This document shows positions 13,801 to 24,093 of a DNA stretch of 64,000 nt, piece by piece. Within the stretch, counting starts at the first letter, position 1; each line of letters opens with the position of its first letter. Origin of the DNA: Sphaerodactylus townsendi (Eukaryota); assembly GCF_021028975.2 (NCBI RefSeq), contig NC_059436.1, forward strand, positions 25,730,001 to 25,794,000, read 5' to 3'. The notes below the pieces were generated by a model that ran no database searches, had not been told where the DNA came from, and saw only the letters and a program-made list of their open reading frames with translations. Made by a program: the position numbers and the translations under genes.

Positions 13801-14628
13801 TCCTCCGCCGACACGGCCGGGGCCTCACGGTTATAAGGTTCCGCTCCAGCAGGGCGGGCGGCAGGACTCAGACAAGGCGGGCGAGTGACGCTGGGATGGG
13901 GGTCTGCTCCGGGAGCCTCCCCCTCCCCCCCCCACCCCGGCACCCCCGGAACAGCGAGCAAAAGCCGTCCCGGGCAAGGAGGGGCCGGAGACGATGGCGC
14001 TGCTGCTGCTGCTGCTGCTGCTGCTGCGGTAACCGGGCCCCGGTGGGCGCTGCGGCTGCCACTCCCGCTCTGCCCAGCAGGCCGGGCAGGGCAGGGCAGG
14101 GCTGGGCCGAGGGGGGGCGTGTCCGCCGGGCGGGCGGGCGGGCGGGCCGGCGCTCTCCCTCCCTCCCTCCCGGGCACCGGCGCGATCCACGCCCCCCACC
14201 AGGGCCTGGCGGCTCACCTCTCCGCTGCCGGCCTCGACGCCGCAGGCCGCCCGGAACCGGCGCAGGTTGATGCCGATGGCGGCAGAGACCTGGAGCGCCG
14301 CGTCGAATCCCGGCGCCACCCCGGCCGACGAGCCGCAGGAGGAGGACGAGGAGGAGGAGGAAGAGGCGGCGGCGGCGGTGGAGGAGGAGGAGGCCGCCGC
14401 CGCCGCCGCCGCCGCGCAAGGGCCGCCCGCCCCGCCCCCTCCGCTTCCCGCCGCGCCGCCGCCTCCCCCTCCGCCCCCTGCGGGCCGCTCCCGCGGGCGC
14501 TCGTCTGGCGGCTCCCCGCGCAGGCTGCAGACGGCCGGCACCCGCACGCGGCAGCCCCCGAGCCCGCGGCGGCCCCAGGCGCCAGTGCCCGGCCGGGCCG
14601 GGAAGCGCCAGCGACCGCTGTGCGCCAT
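1..14628 (-). CDS. KMT2A: Histone-lysine N-methyltransferase 2A (MLL1), 5' part; coding exons 14628-14218, 2672-2603, 1849-<1 (continues past the window edge)
   Basis: [14 protein letters not shown] menin-binding motif, [30 protein letters not shown]-hooks ([22 protein letters not shown]), [35 protein letters not shown]; GT-AG junctions in phase; frame open to base 1. Confidence 0.98.
2381..2555 (+). mobile_element. 5S rRNA-derived SINE remnant
   Basis: ctaagcagggctgggcaaggttagtacttgggtgggagacc matches the 5S internal control region; followed by a non-5S body. Confidence 0.7.
2603..2672 (-). CDS. KMT2A: KMT2A exon 2 (70 nt)
   Basis: cag|[23 protein letters not shown]|gtaaac. Confidence 0.95.
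3537..4913 (+). mobile_element. CR1 LINE, 5'-truncated (RT C-terminus + 3' UTR), young family
   Basis: [36 protein letters not shown]; (TTCTTATG)n tail; frameshifts. Confidence 0.93.
5085..6127 (+). mobile_element. CR1 LINE fragment (RT N-terminus), older
   Basis: [47 protein letters not shown]. Confidence 0.9.
6538..6755. mobile_element. Penelope-like (PLE) non-autonomous palindromic element with hammerhead motifs
   Basis: 95-bp inverted arms 6567-6661/6662-6756; 12-bp TSD AATAAAATGAAA at 6526-6537 and 6756-6767; same end sequence as the GIY-YIG-bearing copy at 42613. Confidence 0.85.
6619..6661 (-). ncRNA. Minimal type I hammerhead ribozyme motif (PLE type)
   Basis: UCCU-CUGAAGA-U-GCC(loop)GGC-GAAA-CGUC-AGGA: stem I, core, stem II, palindromic ACGU stem III, GUC cleavage triplet. 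Confidence 0.65.
8230..8890 (-). mobile_element. Degenerate L2 LINE fragment
   Basis: [11 protein letters not shown] and [10 protein letters not shown] resemble the L2 RT C-terminus. Confidence 0.6.
9059..9448 (+). mobile_element. CR1 3' end (same family as 3537-4913)
   Basis: Near-identical to 4510-4900; TTCTTATG tail. Confidence 0.9.
10616..10857 (+). mobile_element. Squam3-like tRNA-derived SINE
   Basis: tctaatctggagaactgggtttg...ccttgggctagtcacag...(TTC)n tail; related copies at 46850, 60900, 62445. Confidence 0.75.
11385..11750 (-). mobile_element. CR1 3' fragment
   Basis: [26 protein letters not shown]. Confidence 0.8.
13999..14027. repeat. (CTG)9 microsatellite in KMT2A intron 1
   Basis: Direct reading. 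Confidence 0.9.
14218..14628 (-). CDS. KMT2A: KMT2A coding exon 1 (411 nt)
   Basis: ATG at 14628 (AAGATGGCG); ends GGAGAG|GTGAG. Confidence 0.95.
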
Positions 14629-16613
14629 CTTCCTTGTGAGGCGACGAGCCAGAGAGCGGGGCCGGCCCGGGCCCGGGAAGCTGCTTGGCGCACACGCCGC
14701 CCTGGCCCGCCACGCCCCGCGCGCCAGCATCCAGGTTGCGGGGCCCCGGCACCGCGCCGCCCCGCGCCTCGCATGAGCCACACGCAGCCGCCGCGCGCCC
14801 GGCACAAGAGCGGCGCCTATCCAGGCTCCCGGGCCCCGCGCGCCGTCACTGCGCACGCGCCCCGCGTCAGCAGCGCCAGAGGCCCGGCGGCCGGGCTGGC
14901 CGCAGGAGACGCGTTGGGGTTGGAGCCCAGAGTCCCAACTGCCGAGCCAGGAACAAGAAGCCGCCCCGCGCCCCGCAGCTGCATGGCCCCTCCGCCTGTC
15001 TCGCCTGCCAGCCCTAAAAGGGGAGGGGGGTCGGCGCCACGTTGGGCGACTCTCTCTCTCCGCTGCTGCTCAGCCTCGTTGGCCTCCGAGGGCAAAGGAG
15101 TTATCTTTCGGCGGGAACATCCGGCTGTCTGGCCTAGCACGGGTTGTCTTCAACCTGCCATGGGGCGCTCCACGGCTCATTCTTCGGGGGCGGGGGGGGG
15201 GGGGAGCCGGTGTGGCACAAAAGATCTTGTGCTAGACCCTCAGGTGCAAAGTACAGGTAGGGGGATGGAAGGGGCTAGAAATGCATCCTGGCCCATGGGT
15301 GACGTTTTTAGTGGCTGGGGATTAGTGTTAGTTGAAAGTGTCACCGGGTAGGCTCCTGCAAGGTGGAATACATTTTCTAAGTTTCTAAACATTTTATCTC
15401 TGGAGGCACAAGTGATTGGGTTGGTGGCACACTCATTTCACAAGGGCCATGCAGTGGCCTGTCCTTGAGGCAATTAGTGAGGATGGCTTCTTGGCGTTTT
15501 TTTCCTACTGTTTGGAGATGCTCAATGTTTGGAGATGCTCAATGCTTTAGTAAGGGTCAGGGGGAACTAGACTGGAATGGGGTTTGTAAAACTCAGAAGA
15601 AATCTGACAGTACACTCTAAAAAGCCTGTGGCAGCCGTCATGAATATGCATGCCTCTGCCACCCTTCAGCTATGTGATGTTGCTAGAAAAATATGAATTG
15701 GGATCTTTTCAAAAGCCCTAAATAGAATATGATCTGATTTAGCATGTTTATTTTCACTTAGTAATTTTTTAAAATTAAAGTACACAATATTACTAGGTCC
15801 CAATAGAAATAAATACTTGAACTACTTAATTAAACTGGGGGGGGGGGATCAAGGGTGCTGTAAATGTCATTCAAACAAATCCAGGCTTTTGTGGAAAGCG
15901 TCAGATTAGTATTTGTAAAGTCAAAGACAACACAGCATACACTTTTAGGTTGTCCAAAGGGAAGGAGGCTGTCCTGCCCCAGAGATGAAACAGCTGCCTG
16001 GAAGAGGGAAACACCACTCCTGCATCCCATCCCCTTCCATAGAGAGGCTGGCAGGGGCAAAGCAGGCTGAAGCATATGTGAAGGGCTCAACAAGGGAACC
16101 TGAAGCACAGTTCTGCCCACCCAGGTGGTGGCCAAGTGGTCCAGCTCTACGTTTGGAAGAGGACAGTTTGAGGCCCAACTCCGGTGATGAACAGATCTGG
16201 TAACATTAAGCTTTAAGGAGAATTTTGTGCATCACCTGTGCATAAATCAGTCTTCTTTGCTGTTCAATCACGGCTCCTGTTTCAGCCATCTGTGTATAAA
16301 ACTTGCCTCACAATAGCAACCCAGAACCTTGACGCTTGCTGCCTTAAGAACATCTGATAATTGATCACAAAGTTTGTCTCCCAAAACCAGCAAGGTTCCC
16401 CAAATGCACTGGACAGCCAGTGTGGGTCCCTCACACAGAAAGCAACCCTGGGGCAGGTGTTTCGTGGACACTCCCTGCAGCAGCTCCTCTTTTGCTGATA
16501 GTCTGATGAGGTGAGTAAGTACAGTAGATGAAAACCCAGTAATGTGCCGGGGGAATTTTCTCTGTGTTCCACATGCTTAGTGCCACTTCTAAGGCCACGT
16601 GCAGTGGAATCAA

Positions 16614-16685
16614 TGGAAGAGTAAAGGACTAGAACACTTCTGAGATAACTGGAAGAGTTAAGGACTAGAACACTTCTGAGATAAT
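16614..16685. repeat. 36-bp tandem duplication
   Basis: tggaagagt(a/t)aaggactagaacacttctgagataa(c/t) x2. Confidence 0.9.
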
Positions 16686-16795
16686 TGCAACTGCTAGAAA
16701 AAGGCAATTTCAAAGTGGCCCCTTCCACATGGGCAAAGTACAGCAGGTTGCAGTTGGGATTAAGCAACCTGCATTGCCGTCAGGGCGTTTGCATG

Positions 16796-17729
16796 CAGGG
16801 GCATAACAAGGCAAACTGTAGCCCTGGGCAAAACCTGAGTTGGATGCCCCCACCCCATGGGTGGCCACTCCACCACAACCAATTTTTTTTTTGCACCAGG
16901 ACATTGGTGCCTGCAGGGGGTGCATTTTTAGACATATCAGCACCAAAATGTCAGCGTATCATCAGGAGACTGTCCTTATGCTACCCCCCAGGTTTGGTGA
17001 GGTTTGATTCAAGGAGTCCAAAGTTATGGACTCCCAAAGGGGGTGCCCGATCCCCCATTGTTTCCAATGGGAGCTAATAGGAGATGGGGGCTACAGTTTT
17101 GAGGGTCCATAACTTTGGCCCCCTGGAACCAAACTGCACCAAACCTGGGGGGTATCATTAGGGCAGTCTTTTGATGAGACCCTGAAAGTTTTGAGACTGT
17201 GCCTTCAGAAATGTGCCCCCCACAGCCTGCAACCCCCATTGACAGCAATACAGAAAACTCAATGCAGAACAAAGATTCTTGGGCAAATTTCTGGGATGTT
17301 CCTGCAGGGGGCACATTTTTGATGTATCAGCACCATAATTTCAGGGTATCATCTGGAAACTGTCCTGATGGGACCCCCCAGGTTTGGTGCAGTTTGGTTC
17401 AGGGGGGCCAAAGTTATGGACCCTCAAAACTGTAGCCCCCATCTCCTATTAGCTCCCATTGGAAACAATGGGGGATCGGGCACCCCCTTTGGGAGTCCAT
17501 AACTTTGGACTCCCTGAACCAAACCTCACCAAACTTGGGGGGTAGCATAAGGACAGTCTCCTGATGATATGCTGAAATTTTGGTGCAGCTAGCCTAAAAC
17601 TGCGCCCCCTGCAGCCCAAAAATGGAAAACCACTAAAAATACCCAAAAATGAACCCTGCATTTTGATGCCCCCCACAAGGTGGTGCCCTGGGCAGCTTCC
17701 CACCTTGCCCAATGGGCATTACGCCCCTG
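16796..17729. mobile_element. Non-autonomous hAT DNA transposon (934 bp)
   Basis: TIR CAGGGGC(A)TAA...TTACGCCCCTG; 8-bp TSD TTTGCATG; second copy at 62809-63668. Confidence 0.9.
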
Positions 17730-18081
17730 TTTGCATGCCTCCATGCAAGAAGCGAACAGAGCCTGTGGAGCCAAAATGGGTTGCCGTTGCACCTTCACAC
17801 GGAGGCACTTTTTCCCCACTCACCTCCCTCTTCTGTGTAGCTATGAAGCCAGGCAGGCATGGACCTCCACAGCCATGCTGCCGTCCCTGTGCCCCTCCGT
17901 AACTACGCAGTAGAGAGGCAGGGACTGAAAAAAAAGGGAAGCACGGCCAAGTAACACGTTTCCCAGGGCAGCCATTTGCTCCACCGCAACCCACCTTGAA
18001 ACGAAAGAATTGCTGATAGTAAGAATAAAAAACCACGGCCTCTGAGAACTTTTTAATTGTTTTCTCATTTCACTGAACTCT

Positions 18082-18830
18082 TAAGAACATAAGAACATAA
18101 GAACTAGCATGCTGGATCAGACCAGAGTCCATCTAGTCCAGCATTCTGCTACTCGCAGTGGCCCACCAGGTGCCTTTGGGAGCTCACATGCAGGATGTGA
18201 AAGCAATGGCCTGCTGCTGCTGCTGCTGCTCCTGAGCGCCTGGTCTGCTAAGGCATTTGCAATCTGAGATCAAGGAGGATCAAGATTGGTAGCCATAGAT
18301 TGACTTCTCCTCCATAAATCTGTCCAAGCCCTTTTTAAAGCTATCCAGGTTAGTGGCCATCACCACCTCCTGTGGCAGCATATTCCAAACACCAATCACA
18401 CGTTGCGTGAAGAAGTGTTTCCTTTTATTAGTCCTAATTCTTTCCCCAGCATTTCTTCTCAATGAATGCCCCTGGTTCTAGTGTGATTGTGAGAAAGCAG
18501 AGAAAAATTCTCTCTGTCAACATTTTATACCCCATGCATAATTTTATAGACTTCAATCATATCCCCCCTCAGACGTCTCCTCTCCAAACTAAAGAGTCCC
18601 AAACGCTGCAGCCTCTCCTCATAAAGAAGGTGCTCCAATCCTTCAATCATCCTCGTTGCCCTTCTCTGCACTTTTTCTATCTCTTCGATATCCTTTTTGA
18701 GATGTGGCGACCAGAACTGGACACACAGTAAATCCGCGCGGTCACACCACTGCTTTATATGAGGGCATGACAATCCTTGCAGTTTTATTATCAGCTCCTT
18801 TCCTAATTATCCCCAGCATAGAGTTTGCCT
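18082..18830 (-). mobile_element. CR1 3' part (same young family)
   Basis: [27 protein letters not shown]; (CATAAGAA)n tail. Confidence 0.92.
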
Positions 18831-21199
18831 TGACACAACTCTTGTGTCAAGATGGATTGCAGTGACCTTTTCCAACTTTTGAGAGAAGAATGTTTTGTTC
18901 TACCCGCATGACCAAACAAGTGAATTCATAATCTGATTCACAATATATATGTGTAATTTTATCCTCTGCATTTTAATCGGGAAATACTAATTATGCTAAT
19001 TAGTGCCGCTTTGAAAAGCTGCTGAAAGCTATGTGGCTGTCCTGCATAGCTATAACCCAACAGCATTTACACTGAAGAAGACTCGCAACAATTGCTGGCT
19101 ACTTTCAAATGAAGTCTTGTTATAAGTATCATATGCATCCAAAACTACAAATGTTAAAAAATATCACAAGGTATCTGAAATACAGACCCTAATAAGATTG
19201 ATAAAAATTCTGTGCAGTACAAAACATCTACTAAGCTAACTGGAACCCAGATATATACAGGTCTCATATAAGTTTCAAAGCTAGCGGAACATCAATTCCA
19301 TATCCGTGCTTCCAAAATGTACAAGTCTGTTAGAATGGCAATGATTTGAAAACATCAGGGATTGCAGTCTGCTCTGAAACCTCTGGCTGATGCAAAATGT
19401 CCTTAACCCCAAAGCTCCCATCCGATTGCTGAGAGCCTTTTTCAGTGTAATTTCTATTAAGTTGTACTGTGTGCACTGATCCCCACTTAATTCAAATGGT
19501 GGGTGCATAGCTATAAGTCATCTAGAAACCATCACTAGAAAAACCAAGTTAAAAATCCTATAAATATGGATGCCCTCATTTTCCAGATAAGGTGTGCAGA
19601 AGAGCCCCAAAGAAAGAACTGCTGTTTGTAGTTCACCTTCTCTTGTTTCCTAGGTCTTGGGACAGCCAGCCAGTTTGTTTACGATGCAAAGAAAGCAACA
19701 AACCAATCATTCCTTTCAGAAACCAGTGACATTCTGTACTGAGATGAAGTCAACCATTTAATTGTGACTGCACAGAACTAAAAGCAGTCTATGGGCTGTC
19801 CAGACTCCAAAATTCTAGAGAAGGAGTTCAGGTAACCTGGATTCCCAATCCCTTTTGCTCTTCTAGGCACCCCCTCAAGGCATCCAACATGATCTTCCTT
19901 GCTTGGGAATTCTCTTACTTTAAGATACAAGACAGGAAGTGACTGGACAGGGCCTTCACCAGGGTGGCCTTGTAGGTGAACACCTGAAATGCACTTTCCT
20001 ATTTGAACAAGCTTTTGAAAGTTGGTGCCATCTCAAGGGGACGGACAGACATATTTCTCTGAAGTAAACGTATCCCCTTTCAAGAGTCAAAACTCTCTGA
20101 CAATGGCAGCTTTGGCTCTTGAAAGGTACTGCCCTCCAAATCTTATTAGCCTCTTAGGTACTGTTTGAATCTATTTGAGGTTTGAGCACAGTTGTCTTTT
20201 CCTAGCATGGATAAAGATAAGAAGAATGTATGCACCTTTTTCCTAACCAGTTTTTTCAGCAAGTTCTATGAGAAGAAAAAAATAGGATAAGCAGATTGAC
20301 CCATTTTTGTTAGTAAACTAGCCATGAAAACTCAAGGGAAGGGAGAGCCCAAATTTTTATGCAATTCCTCTAAAATGTTTAACCTATTTCCACATGAACC
20401 GCTTCTCGGATTGAGTAGGTCTTTCTTGTAAATAGTTGGCTATTTTGTTTTTTGTTTTTTCTTACTCTGCCCACCATGGGAGAAGAAAGCCGACGTTTCC
20501 TATTCCCCATGCCGTTTTCAAGCTCTACCGTTACAGCAGAGATTTACAACGGTGATTTACAACTGAGAGCAGCTCATTAGCCGTTAGCACCGCGTATTCA
20601 AAGCCCCTTACAGCTTGCAGGAATTCAGAGCTTTTGCAGGGTAGTTACAGCAGTTACAACAGCTTAAAATTTTCTTAATGGCGTAGTGGGAGGGCTAATA
20701 TAGATAAGATATTAAAGAAAAACTTGCGGAGGAGCTGGAAAGCGTGCATCCACTTCGCCTGCCGGAACCGGAAGACAAATTTTTATTCTATTTATTTAAA
20801 TTTGCAAGGTTTTGTTTGTGCCTGGGACAGGGCTTTGAGTCACAAAGAAACTGAGAGATAAAACTCCAGAGCAGATCATTGGACTTAATATCTCTAAAAC
20901 AGCATCCCAGACAGAGGATGGTTCCCTTGGCAATGTGTGGATTCTGGACAAGGCCACACCCAGTGCTGGCAGTGGGAGAGAACGGCTGCCTGGACGTTGC
21001 CTGTGGCCCCATGCAATGGTACTGGGTGGGGCAGCTGACTGTCAGCCCACTTACAGAGGGGGAGGAGGAGGAGGAAAGGAGAGCGAGTGTTGGGGGGGGC
21101 TCCCCTGGGCCTTCCTGGCACCCCCCCCCCCCCCCCCCCCCACAGAAGGGTCGTCAGTCAAGCAGTTACTTATCATTGCCTTAGGACGGCCATTTAATA

Positions 21200-22400
21200 G
21201 GGAAACAGCAGAGGCCGGAAAGCCTGTCAGACGTCGTAGCCGACCAGGCCGCGCTTGCCCAGGATCTCGCCCACGAAGAACCACATCAGCACCTCGGTCG
21301 CCACCAGGCCGTTCCGCAGGGCTTCCTGGAAGAGAAGAGCCGCCGTTGACCGCTCCGCCCCCACCCCGCCCCCACCGGGGGGAGGGGGTGCCAAGGCCGC
21401 CCCCGGGAGGAAGAGGAGGCGCCGCCCGGCCGGAGCGACCGGGAGTGCCCGGAGAGGGCGGCGCTCTGGCCGGCGACCGACGGTGGCTCGGCAGGGCAGG
21501 CGACCGACCTTGACGGTGAGCTGGGCCAGGCGGCCGGCCTGGAAGCTGCGGGCCAGGCCCTTGATGCTGTCCACGGCCTGGGGGATGTCGGCGGGCCTCG
21601 GCGGGGCCAGCTCCACGCGGGCGTAGTGCCAGAAGGTGGCCAGGCGCGGCCTCGAGAACGACACGGCGGCTGCGCGACAGGGGGGGGGGGGAAGGGAGAG
21701 AGAGAGAGCCCGGAGGGAGGGAGCCGCGTCAGGCACAGGAGAGGCGCCGGCGGCGGCAGAGCCCTCCAGCACACCGGCCGCCCGCCCCGCCCGGCCCGGC
21801 CCCGCCCTCCACTCACCGGAGACGAGCTGCGGGGCCCTGGTGGCCACGGCCTTGGCCAGCCTCTGCGCGGACTGCGCCATCCTAGCGGAGCGCCGCCTGA
21901 AGGTCACCGGAGCTCGGGCCGGCTCCCTTCCCTGCCCGTCTGAGGCGCTGCGCGCGCACCCTCTCACCCACAGGCCTCTGCGCGACTTCGGCGGCTGCAG
22001 GCGGGGAATGAGGCGCATGCGCGCTCAGCTGCTCGAGCATCCGCCTTCAGGCCGGGCGGCGCAAGCGCGCTGGACGTGCCTTGCCTCGGCCGCCTTCTCA
22101 TTTGGAACGAGCTCCGCCCCCCGCCGCGGCCTCGCGTTGAAGTTCCCGCGGCTTTGCTGCCCGGCCTGCCAGGAGGAGAGGCGGCCAGCAATGCCCAGGT
22201 GCAGACGCGAGCCCTTCCAGGGACGGCCGGACGGCCCCTGGCAGCAGCCGCGAGAACAGGTGCCCCCTCCCAGCAGCGGCTGCCTGCCGCACACCCCTGG
22301 GGACGGGCTCGATCCCCTGCTCCTCCCCATGAGGCCTGCTGGGTGACGGGGCCAGTCGGGTCCCCTCGGCCCCACCTGCCTCACAAGGAAAGGAGGGAGC
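21200..22400. promoter_or_regulatory. CpG island covering all of ATP5MG and its promoter
   Basis: CpG-dense; NRF1 palindrome GCGCATGCGC at 22013-22022, typical of nuclear OXPHOS gene promoters. Confidence 0.8.
21227..21880 (-). CDS. ATP5MG: ATP synthase membrane subunit g (ATP5L), 107 aa; exons 21880-21817, 21669-21509, 21325-21227
   Basis: [17 protein letters not shown] and [32 protein letters not shown]; exon sizes 64+161+99=324 nt; canonical splice sites; ATTAAA at 21198-21193. Confidence 0.97.
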   Translation of the reverse strand: MAQSAQRLAKAVATRAPQLVSGEWRAGPGRAGRAAGVLEGSAAAGASPVPDAAPSLRALSLSLPPPPCRAAAVSFSRPRLATFWHYARVELAPPRPADIPQAVDSIKGLARSFQAGRLAQLTVKVGRLPCRATVGRRPERRPLRALPVAPAGRRLLFLPGAALAPPPPGGGGVGAERSTAALLFQEALRNGLVATEVLMWFFVGEILGKRGLVGYDV

Positions 22401-22470
22401 CTGGAGGCCACTTTGAGGCTCCTGGAAGCTAGAGTAAAGCGGGGCATCAACACCTGCCTGGCAGCAGTTC

Positions 22471-22969
22471 TGTAAGGGTGGGGGTTAGTTTCTGCTCCTT
22501 CTGCCTGTCCTTGGCGCATTCCTCGTTCTGGGCTGCGTGCCCGGGCCTTAACCTTGCTGTGGTTATCTTGTGTGTTTGAGGCTTGTTTCTATCCTGTCGT
22601 GGGAACTCTGCTGGGAAGTTTGGGGGAGGGGGCTGGAGGGTCCGTAAAAGCGACACCTTGAGCCCGGGAAAGTCAGAATCCGCATTCCGTGTATTGCGAT
22701 CATTGAAGCTTATGAAATAAACGAACTGAACTCAGTTACTTTGTTTCGAGTCCTTTGAGGTTCCTTACATTCCCGGGCTCAAGGTGTTGCTTTTACGGAC
22801 CCTTCAGCCCCCTCCCCCAAACTTCCCAGCAGAGTTCCCACGACAGGATAGAAACAAGCCTCAAACACACAAGATAACCACAGCAAGGTTAAGGCCCGGG
22901 CACGCAGCCCAGAACGAGGAATGCGCCAAGGACAGGCAGAAGGAGCAGAAACTAACCCCCACCCTTACA
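22471..22969. mobile_element. Solo-LTR-like element fused to an inverted partial copy of itself
   Basis: TGTAAGG...CCTTACA unit 22471-22769 with AATAAA; 200-bp inverted arms; 5-bp TSD AGTTC at 22466-22470 and 22970-22974. Confidence 0.85.
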
Positions 22970-22993
22970 AGTTCTCGCCTTGAATCAGGCCCT

Positions 22994-23180
22994 TGTGACC
23001 CTAAAGGCGAAGGTCCTCTGCGCAAGCACCCAGTCATTTCTGACCCACGGGGGGACGCCACATGCTGTGGTTTGCTGTGCCCTTCACCACTCGTCTACAC
23101 TTTACCCACAGCAAGCTGGGTCCTCATTTTTCCCACCTCGGAAGGCTGGAGGCCTGAGTCAACCTTGAGCTGGCTTCCCG
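22994..23180 (-). mobile_element. Sauria SINE remnant
   Basis: gcaagctgggtcctcattttt...ctcggaaggctggaggcctgagtcaaccttgagc. Confidence 0.7.
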
Positions 23181-23279
23181 CTTCTAAGTGGAAATTCTGA
23201 GATGGAATGGGGAGAGTGGCAACACATGGCAGCCACCCACAAGTCAAAACCCACGACCCCAATTAGAACCTCTGTCATT

Positions 23280-23285
23280 TTTATT
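23280..23285 (-). terminator. Candidate UBE4A poly(A) signal AATAAA
   Basis: AATAAA on the minus strand about 670 nt after the stop, followed by GU-rich sequence. Confidence 0.6.
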
Positions 23286-23957
23286 GTCTGAAGGTAAATG
23301 TCACACTATATACACACTGAATACATATTGACATAACACAGGCACAGGACAAATGCAGGCAGGACTGATGGGGCACCTGTACGAGCCTGTCTGTGCCCAG
23401 TGCTTTTCTTTCCCCCCAACAGGCCTCCACATCAAGAAGGGGATTGGCTCTGACAATGAACTGAGCCACGCTGGGCCAACACCTCTGGCACAGCACAACC
23501 CCTGCAGCACTTACAAGACCTGCTGGTGCCCCTGAATTCTTCCCTCCCAGCCCACTCCCTTAAGCCCAAGGGGGCGGGTGCTGCAGGCCAGCATCCTCTT
23601 CAGAGACCAAGTCAGGAGGGGCTTGCAGAACAAAGGCCTGTCCAAAACAGGGCTGGGGTGAGAGCTTTTGCCTTCACAGCAACCCCAGAGTTTAAAGATA
23701 AGTTTCTGGCACAAGAGCTGCAGCAGCAGCAACGGTAGAGGGCGGTGTTGGCGATGGCACCTGCCACTGAGCCACAACAGCAGACAAATCAGCCGGGGAG
23801 AAACTGGAGATTTCTACCACAGGAAAACGGTGGCGGCGGCGGCGGCATCAAGGAGTCCCATCCCTTTGGGTTGGGGGTGTGTGGGCTTCAGGGTCCAGTC
23901 ACCTGCAAGGGGGGAGGGAACTTTGGAGAAGGTCACGACCGCTTCGTCTAAGCCAGG

Positions 23958-24093
23958 TCACAGAATGTCCGTCATCATCTCCTGTGCTGTTTTCCTTTCA
24001 GCAAGCCACCGCTGGATGCGTTCCTTCAGCTCAGTGTTTGGTCTGACCTGGTCCATGGTAAGAGGGCTCCGGTTGAAAGGGTCCGTCTGGTCA
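23958..24093 (-). CDS. UBE4A: UBE4A last coding exon
   Basis: [35 protein letters not shown]...*. Confidence 0.94.

Larger units (their letters stand above)
13650..15200. promoter_or_regulatory. CpG island / KMT2A promoter
   Basis: Very GC/CpG-rich; NRF1-like TGCGCACGCGC at 14850-14860; YY1-like motif over the ATG. Confidence 0.85.

Noticed and set aside
13885-15351. 488-aa plus-strand ORF antisense to KMT2A exon 1
   Set aside because: Low-complexity Ala/Gly/Pro/Arg product expected from a stop-poor CpG island; no recognisable domain
16614-16685. 36-bp direct repeat resembling a CRISPR repeat
   Set aside because: Two adjacent copies, no spacers, vertebrate DNA; a simple tandem duplication like those near 15510 and 59707
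22447-23200. Two near-identical ORFs (LLRTLQPPPPNF...) on opposite strands
   Set aside because: They are the two arms of the inverted LTR element, not duplicated genes
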